DNA of 64,000 nt from a bacterium (GCA_021786315.1 JAJYNN010000003.1:67360-131359), one strand, 5' to 3'; counted from the stretch's first letter, positions 49,219 through 58,828 are shown. Translations and numbers: made by a program. The notes: a model not told the origin generated them from the letters alone.

Positions 49219-49367
49219 AATATTAATTTTAAATTTTCAATTTTAAATTTTAAACATTATTTTAAAATTTGGATTTTAGATTCTAAAATTATAGTAATAT
49301 TATAACATACTTTGTAAAGACTATAAGCCTATTTACAAGCAGGCTTTCAAGCTCCGCTTATGGGATA

Positions 49368-51065
49368 TTACACTTCCACCACTACCGGTAAGATCATTGG
49401 GTGTCTTTGGGTTTCCCGGTAGAAGAAATCCTCCAGGCTCTCCTCTATATGTCTGCGGGCAAACCGCCAGTCCAATGCGCTTTCCGGGTGCTCATTCAAT
49501 GATTGCTCCACCACCCTTTTTGCACGTCCTAATAATTCCTCAGCTCCCTTTTCAAAAACAAACCCCCGGGAAATGATATCCGGTTCCCCTGCCACTTTAC
49601 TGGTTTGAGCATCCACCGGCACCACCACCAACACTATCCCCTCTTCCGCTAAAACCTTCCGGTCCCGTAAAACCACATTTCCCACATCCCCAATCCCTAA
49701 ACCGTCAACATAAACATTTTTGGCTTCCACCCGACCATTAACGGCCGCTTTACTGGGAGTCACCTCCACCACCCGGCCATCCTCAACCAAGAGTACCTTA
49801 TCATCACCATAACCTAGCTCCTCAGCCATTTTAGAAAAGGCCCTCATTCCCTTAAAAGTTGCCCCAATCGGCATCAGGTATTTAGGACGGACCAGGTTGA
49901 TCATCACCTTAATCTCTTCGGAAGCAGCGTGGCCGCCAACGTGCAAGGCGTCATTGACCGCCGTGTAATAAACATTAGCCCCAAATTTAGCGATTTTATC
50001 AATTAAAGCGTTCTGTGCCGACTCGGAAGAAGGGATGGGGTCAGCAGAAAATACTACCGCATCATCTTTTTTAATGGTCACAAAACGGTGGTCGTTATTG
50101 GCTGCCCGGGATAACGCCGAAGTTGGCTGGCCCTGGGAACCGGCAATAATTAGCAGCAGTTTGGCATCCGGAAAACGTTTAATCTCATCCGGGGCAATAA
50201 TGACCCCCGAGGGAACTTGCAGATAGCCTAAGTCCCGCGCCACTTGGAAATTTTGTTCCATTGAGCGGCCGATTAAAGCCACCCTTCTTCCTGCTTCCAC
50301 CGCCACGTTAATCGCCTGCTGGATGCGGCTGATGTTAGATGAGGCAGTTGTAATAATTACTTTCCCCCGTGTTTCGCTTTCAATTCTTTCAAAAGTTGGC
50401 TGGATAGTTCTTTCGGAAGGGTTATAACCGGGCTTTTCTGACCTTAGGGCATCGATCAGCATTAAGAGCACTCCCTTTTTCCCGACAGTGGCTACCGTTC
50501 CCACGTCAGGCGGTTGCCCGATAATGGGAGTCCAGTCGAGCTTAAAATCAGATTGGTGAACAATCCTGCCAACAGGAGTTTCAATGACTAAACCCGTAGC
50601 ATCCGGAACCGAATGTGATACCCGGTAGAAGGAAACTCTAAAAGCGCCCAGCTGCAATTCGGTATCTATATTCACTGTGTGGATGGCATTTTTCGGTAAG
50701 CGGTGCTCAGCAAATTTGGCGCCGATAAACCCGGCAGTCAGCTTTTGGGCATAAATTGGGGCTTTTAGCCGGGGCCATAGGTAAGGCAAGCCGCCAATAT
50801 GGTCATCGTGGCCGTGGCTAATCACAATTCCCCGGATTTTATTAAGTTTATCCTGAAGGTAAGTTACATCCGGAATCACTAAATCAATCCCCAACATAGC
50901 CTCATCCGGAAAACCAATGCCGCAATCGACAATAATAATATCATTGCCGTACTCATATACATACATGTTTTTGGTGACATCACCGACACCCCCCAAGGGG
51001 ATAATTTTTAGGGATTTCCCAACATTGGGCCGGTGTTCAAATTTTGGTTTAAATTTTATATCCAT
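49368..51065 (-). CDS. rnj: Ribonuclease J (beta-CASP metallo-beta-lactamase)
   Basis: ISHGHDDHIGGLPYLW (HxHxDH) and beta-CASP motifs. 565 aa. Confidence 0.9.
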   Translation of the reverse strand: MDIKFKPKFEHRPNVGKSLKIIPLGGVGDVTKNMYVYEYGNDIIIVDCGIGFPDEAMLGIDLVIPDVTYLQDKLNKIRGIVISHGHDDHIGGLPYLWPRLKAPIYAQKLTAGFIGAKFAEHRLPKNAIHTVNIDTELQLGAFRVSFYRVSHSVPDATGLVIETPVGRIVHQSDFKLDWTPIIGQPPDVGTVATVGKKGVLLMLIDALRSEKPGYNPSERTIQPTFERIESETRGKVIITTASSNISRIQQAINVAVEAGRRVALIGRSMEQNFQVARDLGYLQVPSGVIIAPDEIKRFPDAKLLLIIAGSQGQPTSALSRAANNDHRFVTIKKDDAVVFSADPIPSSESAQNALIDKIAKFGANVYYTAVNDALHVGGHAASEEIKVMINLVRPKYLMPIGATFKGMRAFSKMAEELGYGDDKVLLVEDGRVVEVTPSKAAVNGRVEAKNVYVDGLGIGDVGNVVLRDRKVLAEEGIVLVVVPVDAQTSKVAGEPDIISRGFVFEKGAEELLGRAKRVVEQSLNEHPESALDWRFARRHIEESLEDFFYRETQRHPMILPVVVEV

Positions 51066-51070
51066 AATTT

Positions 51071-51160
51071 TAAAAGATTTAAGAATATAGATTTAGGATT
51101 TAGGAATAAAAAAAGCCTTTTTACCGCATTCTTAATTCTTACATCTTAAATCCTAAATCC
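51071..51160. repeat. AT-rich long inverted repeat (AGATTTAGGATTTAGGAAT ... ATTCTTAATTCTTACATCTTAAATCCTAAATCC) immediately 3' of the Lon-like gene
   Basis: The arms at 51089-51107 and 51128-51160 flank AAAAAAAGCCTTTTTACC. The same motif family occurs at 21148-21172 and 58829-58914. Confidence 0.45.
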
Positions 51161-52201
51161 CTAACTCAAATATTGTCCTATATTCTCCGCCGTTATTCTA
51201 TAGGGTCCGGGGTTACCCTCCACTGTAGCCTTGGCTACCTTGCGGACAATCTTTTCCACACTCCGCTGCAGTGATCTTACTCCGGCATCGTAGCCTAAAG
51301 GACGGACAACCTGGGGCCACAAGGGCTCATCAATGACAATTGTCCCGGGATTTAATCCGGCATCCTTCATCACCCTGGGCAAAATAAAGTCTTTGCCGAT
51401 GACTACCTTTTCATTGTCTGAGTAGGCCGGCATCTCCACTATTTCCAACCTGTCCATCACAGCTGTGGCAATATTGGCGGTGTTGTTGGCGGTGGCAATA
51501 AACAAAACTTTGGACAAATCAAAAGGGTAATCGACAAAATAGTCCAAAAACCCGCCGTTTTGCTCCGGGTCCAGCATCTCCACCAACACTCCCATAATAT
51601 CCGCCCGGGTTTCCACCGCTACCCGGTCAATTTCATCAAGTAAAACAATCGGGTTATTGACCCCTAAATCGTGGATAGTCTGCAAAACCCTTCCCGGCTC
51701 CGCCTCCATCTTTATCCGGGATTGGCCTTTAAGCTCACTTATTGATCCTAATCCCCCAAAAGGAATGCGGACAAGCTTTCGGCCTAACGCTTCGGCTATA
51801 GAATAAGCCAAAGAAGTTTTGCCGGATCCTACTAATCCAATAAAGGCTAAAACCGGGGACTTAGCCTGATGCCCCGCCCGGGCATTTAAGATCAGTACTG
51901 ATAAGTATTCCAAAATCCGGTCTTTGACCGGCTTTAAACCGTAGTGGTTGCGGTCTAAGATTTCCGCTGCCCGTTTAAGGTCTAAGATATCCTCGCTGGA
52001 TTTATGGAATGGCAAGGAAGCGACAAATTTTATGTAATTGAACTCCCGGTCAAACTCCAGGCGGTAACCGGAAACACTTACCGCCTTCTCTAAACGGGCT
52101 AATTGCTCGGAAAGCTTTTGGGCCAGATCAGAAGGAAGACCAGCTTGGTCAATTTGTAATTTTAGTTTGGAAAACTCGTTTCCACCTTGGGCAGGATCCA
52201 T
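51161..52201 (-). CDS. Lon-like AAA+ ATPase module without a protease domain (and without most of the Lon N-domain)
   Basis: Aligns with E. coli Lon residues ~240-585: HYGLKPVKDRILEYL, Walker A GLVGSGKTS, Walker B VLLDEIDR, LDPEQN, the sensor and alpha-helical lid. It stops before any S16 peptidase sequence. Confidence 0.8.
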   Translation of the reverse strand: MDPAQGGNEFSKLKLQIDQAGLPSDLAQKLSEQLARLEKAVSVSGYRLEFDREFNYIKFVASLPFHKSSEDILDLKRAAEILDRNHYGLKPVKDRILEYLSVLILNARAGHQAKSPVLAFIGLVGSGKTSLAYSIAEALGRKLVRIPFGGLGSISELKGQSRIKMEAEPGRVLQTIHDLGVNNPIVLLDEIDRVAVETRADIMGVLVEMLDPEQNGGFLDYFVDYPFDLSKVLFIATANNTANIATAVMDRLEIVEMPAYSDNEKVVIGKDFILPRVMKDAGLNPGTIVIDEPLWPQVVRPLGYDAGVRSLQRSVEKIVRKVAKATVEGNPGPYRITAENIGQYLS

Positions 52202-52229
52202 AATTTTATTCTAACGAATTAAGATGAAG

Positions 52230-54485
52230 TTATCTACCTCGTCTGCCGCCACCAAAACCGCCACGTCCACCGCGATCACCCCGGTCAAATCCGCCGGAGC
52301 GGTTACCGAAAGGACGACGTCCACCACGATCCCTATCTCCGCCAAACTCTCTGCGTCCACCAAAACCACCACGGGATGGTTTACCTTCAGATTCCGGCTT
52401 CATGTCTTCACCAAAAAGCATAGATAAGCCAATCTTGCCTTGTTGATCAACATTAGTCACCCTGACTTTAACCTTTTGCCCTTCCGAAACAATGTCTTCC
52501 GGATTTTCAACATGTCCCGGAGCCATCTGGGAAACATGGACCAAACCGTCTTTACCGGGAGCAATCTCCACGAAAGCTCCAAAAGGAGCCAGGCGAACTA
52601 CTGTTCCTTCCATAACTTCACCAACCTCAAAGGTTTTAAACATCCCCTCAACCTCACCTAAGGCTTTTGCAATTGCTTCATCATCAGTTGATGAAACCAT
52701 TACTGTTCCGTCATCTTCAATATCGATTTGGGCACCGGTGCGGGCAATAATTCCGTTAATGTTCTTACCTCCGGGTCCAATAAGCATCCCAATCTCTTCC
52801 GGCTTAATATGGGTAATCTCAATCTTCGGAGCATACTTGGAAATCTCCCCGGCTTTTGGCTCTGCTTCATGCATCTTTTCCAAAATAAACTCGCGGGCAT
52901 GTTTTCCTTGTTTTAAGGCTTCCTCAATAATGGCAAAGGTTAAACCTTGTAACTTAGTATCCATCTGGATAGCGGTAATACCTTTGACGGTTCCGGTAAC
53001 TTTAAAGTCCATCTCGCCGTAAAAGTCTTCAGTAGCCTGCATGTCGGTAATAACCTGGAATTTCTCTTCATTGGACAAAAGCCCCATGGCAATACCTGCA
53101 ACCGGATTCTTCAAAGGAACACCAGCGTTAAGAAGTGCCAAGGTAGAGGCACAGGCAGAAGCCATGGAAGTAGAAGCATTAGCTGCTAAAACTTCGGAAA
53201 CGACCCGGATAGCGTAAGGAAATTCTTCCGTCGAAGGCAAAACTCCCAGGATTGCTTTTTCAGCTAAAGCACCGTGACCGATATCCCTTCGGTTAGGTGA
53301 ACCAATCTTTTTAGCCTCACCGGTTGAGAAAGGATTGATTCCCATGTTGTAGTGGTGCATATATCTTTTGGTAGATTCCCCGGTCATCCCTTCCAAGGTT
53401 TGGGATAAGGAAAGCGGGCCTAAGGTAGCAATTGATAAAACCTGGGTTCCGCCTCTTTGAAAGACTGCTGATCCATGGGTCCGGGGTAAAATTCCGGTTT
53501 CAATAGAAATCGGGCGGACTTCATCCATTGCCCGGCCATCAACTCTTTTACCCTTGTTCAGGATCGAGTCATTCATAATCTCTTTAGCCACCTTGTCAAA
53601 GATAGAAGAAACCATCTGGGCATCCAAAGTTTCAGCATACTTGGCTGCCAACTCGCTTTTGATCATGTCACCTGTCGCTTCATGCCAAGGGTGAGCAGTA
53701 TCGAATAGAGCAGCTTCAATTCTTGTTCGTGCCTCTTCTTTGACCTCTTTGAGTAATTTTTCATCAACAGCTTCCGCAACTGTGGTGTAAGTTTGTTTTT
53801 CCTTACCTGCCTCTTTGGCAAACTCGGAGATAAAAGCAATCATCTTTTGGGATTCTTTATGGGCTTTCTTAATTCCTTCCAAAACTACCTCATCCGGGGT
53901 TTCCTTACCTTCAGCCTCAATCATAACTACTTTTTCAGCTGTGGAGGCAACAAGAAGGGCCAGGTCAAAACTCTCCAACTCAGAAATTTCGGGATCAAAG
54001 GTATATTTCCCTTCTTTGTGACCAACCCGGACTAAATTTACGGGGCCAGCAAAGGGAACAGAGGAAATAGCTAAAGCCGCAGCGCTTCCCACAAAACCTA
54101 AGGTAGTGGGATCATTAACGCCATCATAAGACAAAACAGAGATTACAATTTGAACTTCATTACGGAAATCTTTGGGGAATAAAGGCCTAATGGAACGATC
54201 AATAGCTCTTCCTGCCAAAACTGCTGCATCAGAAGGTCGGGTTTCTCTTTTAATAAACTTCTGGGCGGTAATCCGACCACCGGCGTAATATTTTTCAACA
54301 TATTCAACGGAAAGTGGGAAATAACCACGGTCTTCCTTTAAAGGTTGGGTAGCTACAGTACAAAGCACAACAGTCTCACCCCAACGGGCCAAAACTGCAG
54401 CATCTGCCGCCTGGGCTAACTTGCCAGTCTCTAAAACTAGTTTTCGACCATGAAGATCGATCTCTTTTGTAACAACTTTTGACAT
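52230..54485 (-). CDS. pnp: Polynucleotide phosphorylase with a C-terminal Arg/Gly-rich (RGG) tail
   Basis: Two RNase PH domains, KH and S1 domains. The last ~50 aa are SRGGFGGRREFGGDRDRGGRRPFGNRSGGFDRGDRGGRGGFGGGRRGR. Confidence 0.95.
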   Translation of the reverse strand: MSKVVTKEIDLHGRKLVLETGKLAQAADAAVLARWGETVVLCTVATQPLKEDRGYFPLSVEYVEKYYAGGRITAQKFIKRETRPSDAAVLAGRAIDRSIRPLFPKDFRNEVQIVISVLSYDGVNDPTTLGFVGSAAALAISSVPFAGPVNLVRVGHKEGKYTFDPEISELESFDLALLVASTAEKVVMIEAEGKETPDEVVLEGIKKAHKESQKMIAFISEFAKEAGKEKQTYTTVAEAVDEKLLKEVKEEARTRIEAALFDTAHPWHEATGDMIKSELAAKYAETLDAQMVSSIFDKVAKEIMNDSILNKGKRVDGRAMDEVRPISIETGILPRTHGSAVFQRGGTQVLSIATLGPLSLSQTLEGMTGESTKRYMHHYNMGINPFSTGEAKKIGSPNRRDIGHGALAEKAILGVLPSTEEFPYAIRVVSEVLAANASTSMASACASTLALLNAGVPLKNPVAGIAMGLLSNEEKFQVITDMQATEDFYGEMDFKVTGTVKGITAIQMDTKLQGLTFAIIEEALKQGKHAREFILEKMHEAEPKAGEISKYAPKIEITHIKPEEIGMLIGPGGKNINGIIARTGAQIDIEDDGTVMVSSTDDEAIAKALGEVEGMFKTFEVGEVMEGTVVRLAPFGAFVEIAPGKDGLVHVSQMAPGHVENPEDIVSEGQKVKVRVTNVDQQGKIGLSMLFGEDMKPESEGKPSRGGFGGRREFGGDRDRGGRRPFGNRSGGFDRGDRGGRGGFGGGRRGR

Positions 54486-54520
54486 AAAACTTAATGAAGG
54501 TTTGAGGCTTTGGAAACTGT

Positions 54521-54556
54521 GGAAGAGGCAACTAGATAAAGCTATCTACCTCTTTG
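54521..54556 (-). promoter_or_regulatory. Long imperfect hairpin in the pnp 5' leader, with an extended -10 promoter upstream
   Basis: AGAGG..TAGATA-AAGC-TATCTA..CCTCTT. Upstream on the minus strand there is a TGgTATAAT. Confidence 0.3.
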
Positions 54557-54604
54557 CAATCTCCAAAACACCTCTCAAACCAAAACAATTATACCATTAA
54601 CTGA

Positions 54605-54874
54605 TTACTTGCTCAAGCCGAGCTTTTTAATCAGTTCTTGGTATCTTTCGTTATCCTTCTTTAGAAGGTATTGCAGAAGTCTCCTTCGGCGGTTAACCAT
54701 TGAAAGAAGTCCTCTTCGGGAATGAACATCATGAGTATGTTCCTTTAAGTGGTTGGTTAAGTTTTTGATCTGTTCAGTTAAAAGGGCTGCTTGAACTTCC
54801 GGAGAACCAGTATCACCCTTGTGGGTGGCAAACTCTTCAATAATTTGTTGTTTTGATTTAATGTCTAAAGGCAT
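54605..54874 (-). CDS. rpsO: 30S ribosomal protein S15
   Basis: [42 protein letters not shown] is typical uS15. A 7-bp hairpin (CAAAGGA-AAG-TCCTTTG) lies in its leader. Confidence 0.95.
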   Translation of the reverse strand: MPLDIKSKQQIIEEFATHKGDTGSPEVQAALLTEQIKNLTNHLKEHTHDVHSRRGLLSMVNRRRRLLQYLLKKDNERYQELIKKLGLSK

Positions 54875-55020
54875 AAGCCGTCACTAATCCTTCAGAACCA
54901 GCAGTATCTGTGTTCCAAAGGAAAGTCCTTTGTAATTTACTTGGCAATCTTAGCAGAAAAATAAGAATTTATCAAGGGCATACCTTGTGTACTAATTCAA
55001 CCTAAGCTAAAGTAGTATCA

Positions 55021-55845
55021 ATGTATCTCAAGTTTTTCTCAGAGATTAACAAAAACGATACTTCAGAGGTTGGAGGCAAAGGTGCGTCGCTTGGAGAGAT
55101 GACGAAAGTTGGAATCCCGGTTCCCCCGGGGTTTGCAGTGACCACAGAAACATACAAAGAGTTTCGCGATCAGGAATTACCAGTTGAGGTTAGGGATGAG
55201 ATTTTGGCAGCTTTTGATAAATTAGGAGCTGAGCGGGTTGCCGTCAGATCATCAGCAGTGGCCGAGGATTCTTCAGCTGCTTCCTGGGCTGGGCAATTAG
55301 AAAGTTATCTGAACACCACCAGGGATAATTTAATTGAAAATATTAGGAAATGTTGGGAATCCATAAAATCTGAGAGAGCTTTGGCTTATGCTGCTGAAAA
55401 AGATGTTCCGGAGGATAAACTTTTAGTAGCAGTAGTGGTCCAAAAAATGGTAGAAAGCGAAGTTGCCGGAGTGATGTTTACCATTAACCCCATCACCAAA
55501 GATCAAAACGAAGTTATGATTGAAGCGGGATTTGGCTTGGGTGAAATGTTGGTTCAAGGGATGATCACCCCGGATAACTTTGTGGTTGATAAAAATACTT
55601 TGGATATAAAAAGCATTGATATACAAACTCAGGAAACAATGCTGGTTTTTAAAGATGGAGAAAATAAAGAGGTTCCTTTGTCTAATGAGGAGGGTAGCAG
55701 ACAAACTCTGTCTCATGAACAAATCCGGAAACTAACTAAAATTGGCAAGAGGATCGAGGAACATTACGGTTTTCCCTGCGACATCGAATGGACCCTGGAA
55801 AAAGGTAATTTCTATATTGTCCAATCAAGGCCAATTACTGCCTGA
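55021..55845 (+). CDS. Stand-alone PEP-utilising enzyme N-terminal (PPDK_N / pyruvate-phosphate-dikinase ATP-grasp) domain protein
   Basis: GGKGASLGEMTKVGIPVPPGFAVTT...RSSAVAEDSSAASWAGQ resembles the nucleotide-binding domain of PEP synthase / PPDK. Promoter TTGTGT-17-TAAAGT lies 7 nt before the ATG. Confidence 0.65.
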   Translation: MYLKFFSEINKNDTSEVGGKGASLGEMTKVGIPVPPGFAVTTETYKEFRDQELPVEVRDEILAAFDKLGAERVAVRSSAVAEDSSAASWAGQLESYLNTTRDNLIENIRKCWESIKSERALAYAAEKDVPEDKLLVAVVVQKMVESEVAGVMFTINPITKDQNEVMIEAGFGLGEMLVQGMITPDNFVVDKNTLDIKSIDIQTQETMLVFKDGENKEVPLSNEEGSRQTLSHEQIRKLTKIGKRIEEHYGFPCDIEWTLEKGNFYIVQSRPITA

Positions 55846-55895
55846 ATATTATTCAGGTGTACACACAGCTAAGGTAATGGATATTCAACAACGGT

Positions 55896-56156
55896 TCAGT
55901 GGCGGGGAGAGATTTCCAGAAGATCGGTTCCGCGCAAAGCCCAAGTGATCCCCACCAGAGTAACACCCAAACCTGCCAGAGCAATGGCTGAGTTATGGCT
56001 GACAGCATAAAACCCTAGGCTGCCCCCAAAAGTCGCGGCCGTTCCGGCCAAAATCCACTTTACATCAATATTCCTAATCTTATCGACAAACGACCAGGCG
56101 GGATTATCACCTTTTCCTTGTTCAGCTTTGCCTGTAATATTTTCTATACTGCTCAT
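55896..56156 (-). CDS. Small membrane protein (86 aa)
   Basis: Two hydrophobic helices. Immediately downstream of the DHH-like gene. Confidence 0.4.
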   Translation of the reverse strand: MSSIENITGKAEQGKGDNPAWSFVDKIRNIDVKWILAGTAATFGGSLGFYAVSHNSAIALAGLGVTLVGITWALRGTDLLEISPRH

Positions 56157-56162
56157 TTTAAT

Positions 56163-57293
56163 TTATCCGCCTTTGCCGCGGAAGATTTTCGGGGTTAGCC
56201 AGTCCGCTTCCGGATTTTCTGATTCTATACCTTCACCCGAAGGAGTTTCCTCGGCTGATGGTTGAGGTATTTCAGGCTTGTTCTGTGCTGTATCGAAGGG
56301 TTTTTGCTCAATACCGGAAGACACTACCGGAGGAACGGTAAAACTTTCCTGTTTCTGATCCTGGACCGTGCCGTCTGAAGTGGAAATATTCACCGGCGCA
56401 TTAAAGATCTTGCTTAAATCAATTTCCCCCTCTTGCGGTTGAGGTGCCACCGGTTGAGGAGCGGGTTGCGGGGAGGATACAGGATTAACCGAAAAAGCTT
56501 GCTGAAAATCGGGCTGCTTCGGCTGGGATTCATTAAAGTTTGGTTTCTGCCCGCCCTTTTTCAGAGCTTCAGCAACCACAGCAAAAGTATCAGCAGTGGT
56601 ATTTGTACCTTGTAAGTTATTAGTGGCATTAAATATTCCTGAAAGGACGTTGGAAGCAATATCTGTTTCCAAAGGAAGCTGCAACGACATTAATACCTCC
56701 CCAACTATTTCTGAAACCGAAGAGGAGGCAGAATCGACAATACTTGTATTTCCAAACCTGCTGTTATCACCTTTATTGTCAATATCAATTATATGGGCCG
56801 CAGAAAAAATTTCGGGCTTGGCAGTATAGATTCCGCCTAAATCCGATAAAGTTTTAGCCCCAATCACAAAAATTAAATCAAAATTTCCTCCGGCAGTTTT
56901 TGGAGTAATCGCCGTGGGTTCGAACTTTTGTCCGGGAAAAACTTTAAACACTAAGTTTAAGTCAGACCCGGTAGTAAAGTAATCCATTTTTTCTACCGCT
57001 GTAACTTTTCCATCCGGGGTTGCAACTCCGGACAAAACAATCGAAAAATCTCCTCCCTTACCCTCCGGAAGCTTATTGGTGATATTTCCCACCCCAAATA
57101 AATTCGTGTGCCCCACTAAGATCGAGCCTTCGGTGACGATAGAGACGTCCTTCCCTGCCTGTTTTAAAGAAAGATACAAAGCAAGCCCGGCAGCCAGATC
57201 ATCTATAGTGGGGTTAGAGGACAAGGCAATTAAAACCGAACGAACGGAAGGAAGTAAACCGCGGACATTACCTAATTCAGCCTCATATTTCAT
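56163..57293 (-). CDS. DHH-superfamily (NrnA-like) protein with apparently degenerate catalytic motifs and a Pro/Gln-rich C-terminal tail
   Basis: The N-terminus VLIALSSNPTIDDLAAGLALYL resembles the DHH motif-I region (NPDGDAIGS), but the DHH triad is not evident. It is positioned after infB, where rbfA/nrnA sit in other bacteria. Confidence 0.45.
   Translation of the reverse strand: MKYEAELGNVRGLLPSVRSVLIALSSNPTIDDLAAGLALYLSLKQAGKDVSIVTEGSILVGHTNLFGVGNITNKLPEGKGGDFSIVLSGVATPDGKVTAVEKMDYFTTGSDLNLVFKVFPGQKFEPTAITPKTAGGNFDLIFVIGAKTLSDLGGIYTAKPEIFSAAHIIDIDNKGDNSRFGNTSIVDSASSSVSEIVGEVLMSLQLPLETDIASNVLSGIFNATNNLQGTNTTADTFAVVAEALKKGGQKPNFNESQPKQPDFQQAFSVNPVSSPQPAPQPVAPQPQEGEIDLSKIFNAPVNISTSDGTVQDQKQESFTVPPVVSSGIEQKPFDTAQNKPEIPQPSAEETPSGEGIESENPEADWLTPKIFRGKGG
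56208..56232. repeat. Possible degenerate fragment of the same element at the 3' end of the DHH-like gene
   Basis: cttccggattttctgattctatacc compared with cggaattttctgatattccgatac (map) and ccggttttctgatcttc (rplQ). Confidence 0.3.
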
Positions 57294-57341
57294 ACAATGT
57301 CAGGATTTTAGCACATGCGCTATAGGATGTAAAATTGAGTC

Positions 57342-58793
57342 TTAAAGAAGCCTAAACGATTCCACTATATCCCCAATTTGGAAATCAATCGGGGGATCAA
57401 ACATCATTCCACACTCCATCCCCTTTTCCACCTTAGTTACCTCTTCCTTAACTTTTTTCAGCATCTTAATCTTCCCCTCACCGATTATTTCTTCACCCCT
57501 GACTACCCTGACTTTTGGTCCTTTAGAGATAGTCCCTTCAGCTACATGACAGCCAGCAATCTTTTCTGATTTACCATAAGGAAATTCGGCAATAATTTGC
57601 GCCCTCCCAAAAACTTCCTCGACTTTGCCCGGCCGAATAATCCCTTCCACCACATCCTCCAGCTCTTCAATTAATTCATAAATAATGTTGTATGTCCGAA
57701 CCAACACATTTTCCGTCTCGGCAATCTTATTGGCTGATGGTTTAATGCCAACATTAAAAGCCAAAACAATAGCCTTGGTGGAGGCGGCAATCTCAACGTC
57801 GGAATCCGTCACTTCACCGGTCCCCGAGGAAACAATCCTCACATGTTCCTCATCAGTATTAAATTTTTGGATCATATCCACAATTGCCTCCAATGACCCT
57901 TGGTTATCGGCTTTGACCACCACAGTTAAGATTTGTTTATCACCCTCTTTGAGCTTATCGATCAAGCTCCGCATTGCTTTACCTTCGTCGGATCTTTCCG
58001 CTTCCTCACCAAGTTTGGCTCCAACTGCCGGAACTGTCACAAAACCTAAAACTTCAACCGGAACTGAGGGGCCTGCCGAGTCAGCCATCTTCCCTGTCCA
58101 GTCAAACATTCCCCGAACTTTGCCCTGTGCCTCCCCAGCCTTGATCATATCACCCTTGTTTAAACTTCCGTCCCGGATTAAAACGGTGGCGATCGGACCC
58201 TTAAATTTATCGATTTTAGCCTCGATAATCACCCCTGAAGCCGGCTTTGACGGATCGCCTTTAAACTCATTAATTTCCGCCACTAAATTGATAGTCTCCA
58301 GCAGGTCTTCTACACCCAAGCCGCTTTTAGCAGAAACCGGTACCAAGGGGGTATCCCCACCGTATTCCTCAATCAAAACTTCTTGGTCGGAAAGCTGTTT
58401 TTTAATCTTTTCGGTTTGGACTTTTACGTCAACCCCTGGCAAATCTATTTTATTTAAAGCTACAATCATCGGGATTTTTGCCCCTTTAATGTGTTTTATT
58501 GCCTCCACCGTTTGCGGCATAATTCCATCGTCAATGGCCACCACTAAAACAGCAATGTCCGCCACTTGGGCTCCCCGGGAACGCATTTTTTCAAAAGCCG
58601 CGTGGCCGGGAGTATCAATAAAGGTAATTTTCTTTCCTCCAGCCTCAGTTTGGTAAGCACCGATCGCCTGGGTGATTCCGCCGTGTTCCCGGGCGGCCAC
58701 CGAAGTTTTCCGGATAAAATCCAGCAGGGTAGTCTTACCATGATCAACATGGCCAAGGATGGTAACAATAGGAGCTCGGAGTTGTTCGGACAT
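57342..58793 (-). CDS. infB: Translation initiation factor IF-2, short form starting at the G domain
   Basis: [15 protein letters not shown]1 motif at residue 10. 483 aa. No N-terminal domains. Confidence 0.95.
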   Translation of the reverse strand: MSEQLRAPIVTILGHVDHGKTTLLDFIRKTSVAAREHGGITQAIGAYQTEAGGKKITFIDTPGHAAFEKMRSRGAQVADIAVLVVAIDDGIMPQTVEAIKHIKGAKIPMIVALNKIDLPGVDVKVQTEKIKKQLSDQEVLIEEYGGDTPLVPVSAKSGLGVEDLLETINLVAEINEFKGDPSKPASGVIIEAKIDKFKGPIATVLIRDGSLNKGDMIKAGEAQGKVRGMFDWTGKMADSAGPSVPVEVLGFVTVPAVGAKLGEEAERSDEGKAMRSLIDKLKEGDKQILTVVVKADNQGSLEAIVDMIQKFNTDEEHVRIVSSGTGEVTDSDVEIAASTKAIVLAFNVGIKPSANKIAETENVLVRTYNIIYELIEELEDVVEGIIRPGKVEEVFGRAQIIAEFPYGKSEKIAGCHVAEGTISKGPKVRVVRGEEIIGEGKIKMLKKVKEEVTKVEKGMECGMMFDPPIDFQIGDIVESFRLL

Positions 58794-58828
58794 GTCCTAA
58801 ATTCCTTTCTTTTTTTTATCCCAACCAA

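Noticed and set aside
57685-58656. Long antisense ORFs opposite highly conserved genes (e.g. 57685-58656 + in infB, 29481-30146 + in rpoC, 32115-32579 + in rpoB, 52492-53022 + in pnp, 16862-17356 + in rplV/rpsC)
   Set aside because: These are shadow ORFs on the opposite strand of genes with unmistakable homology. They are low-complexity Ser/Pro/Leu-rich translations typical of antisense frames.
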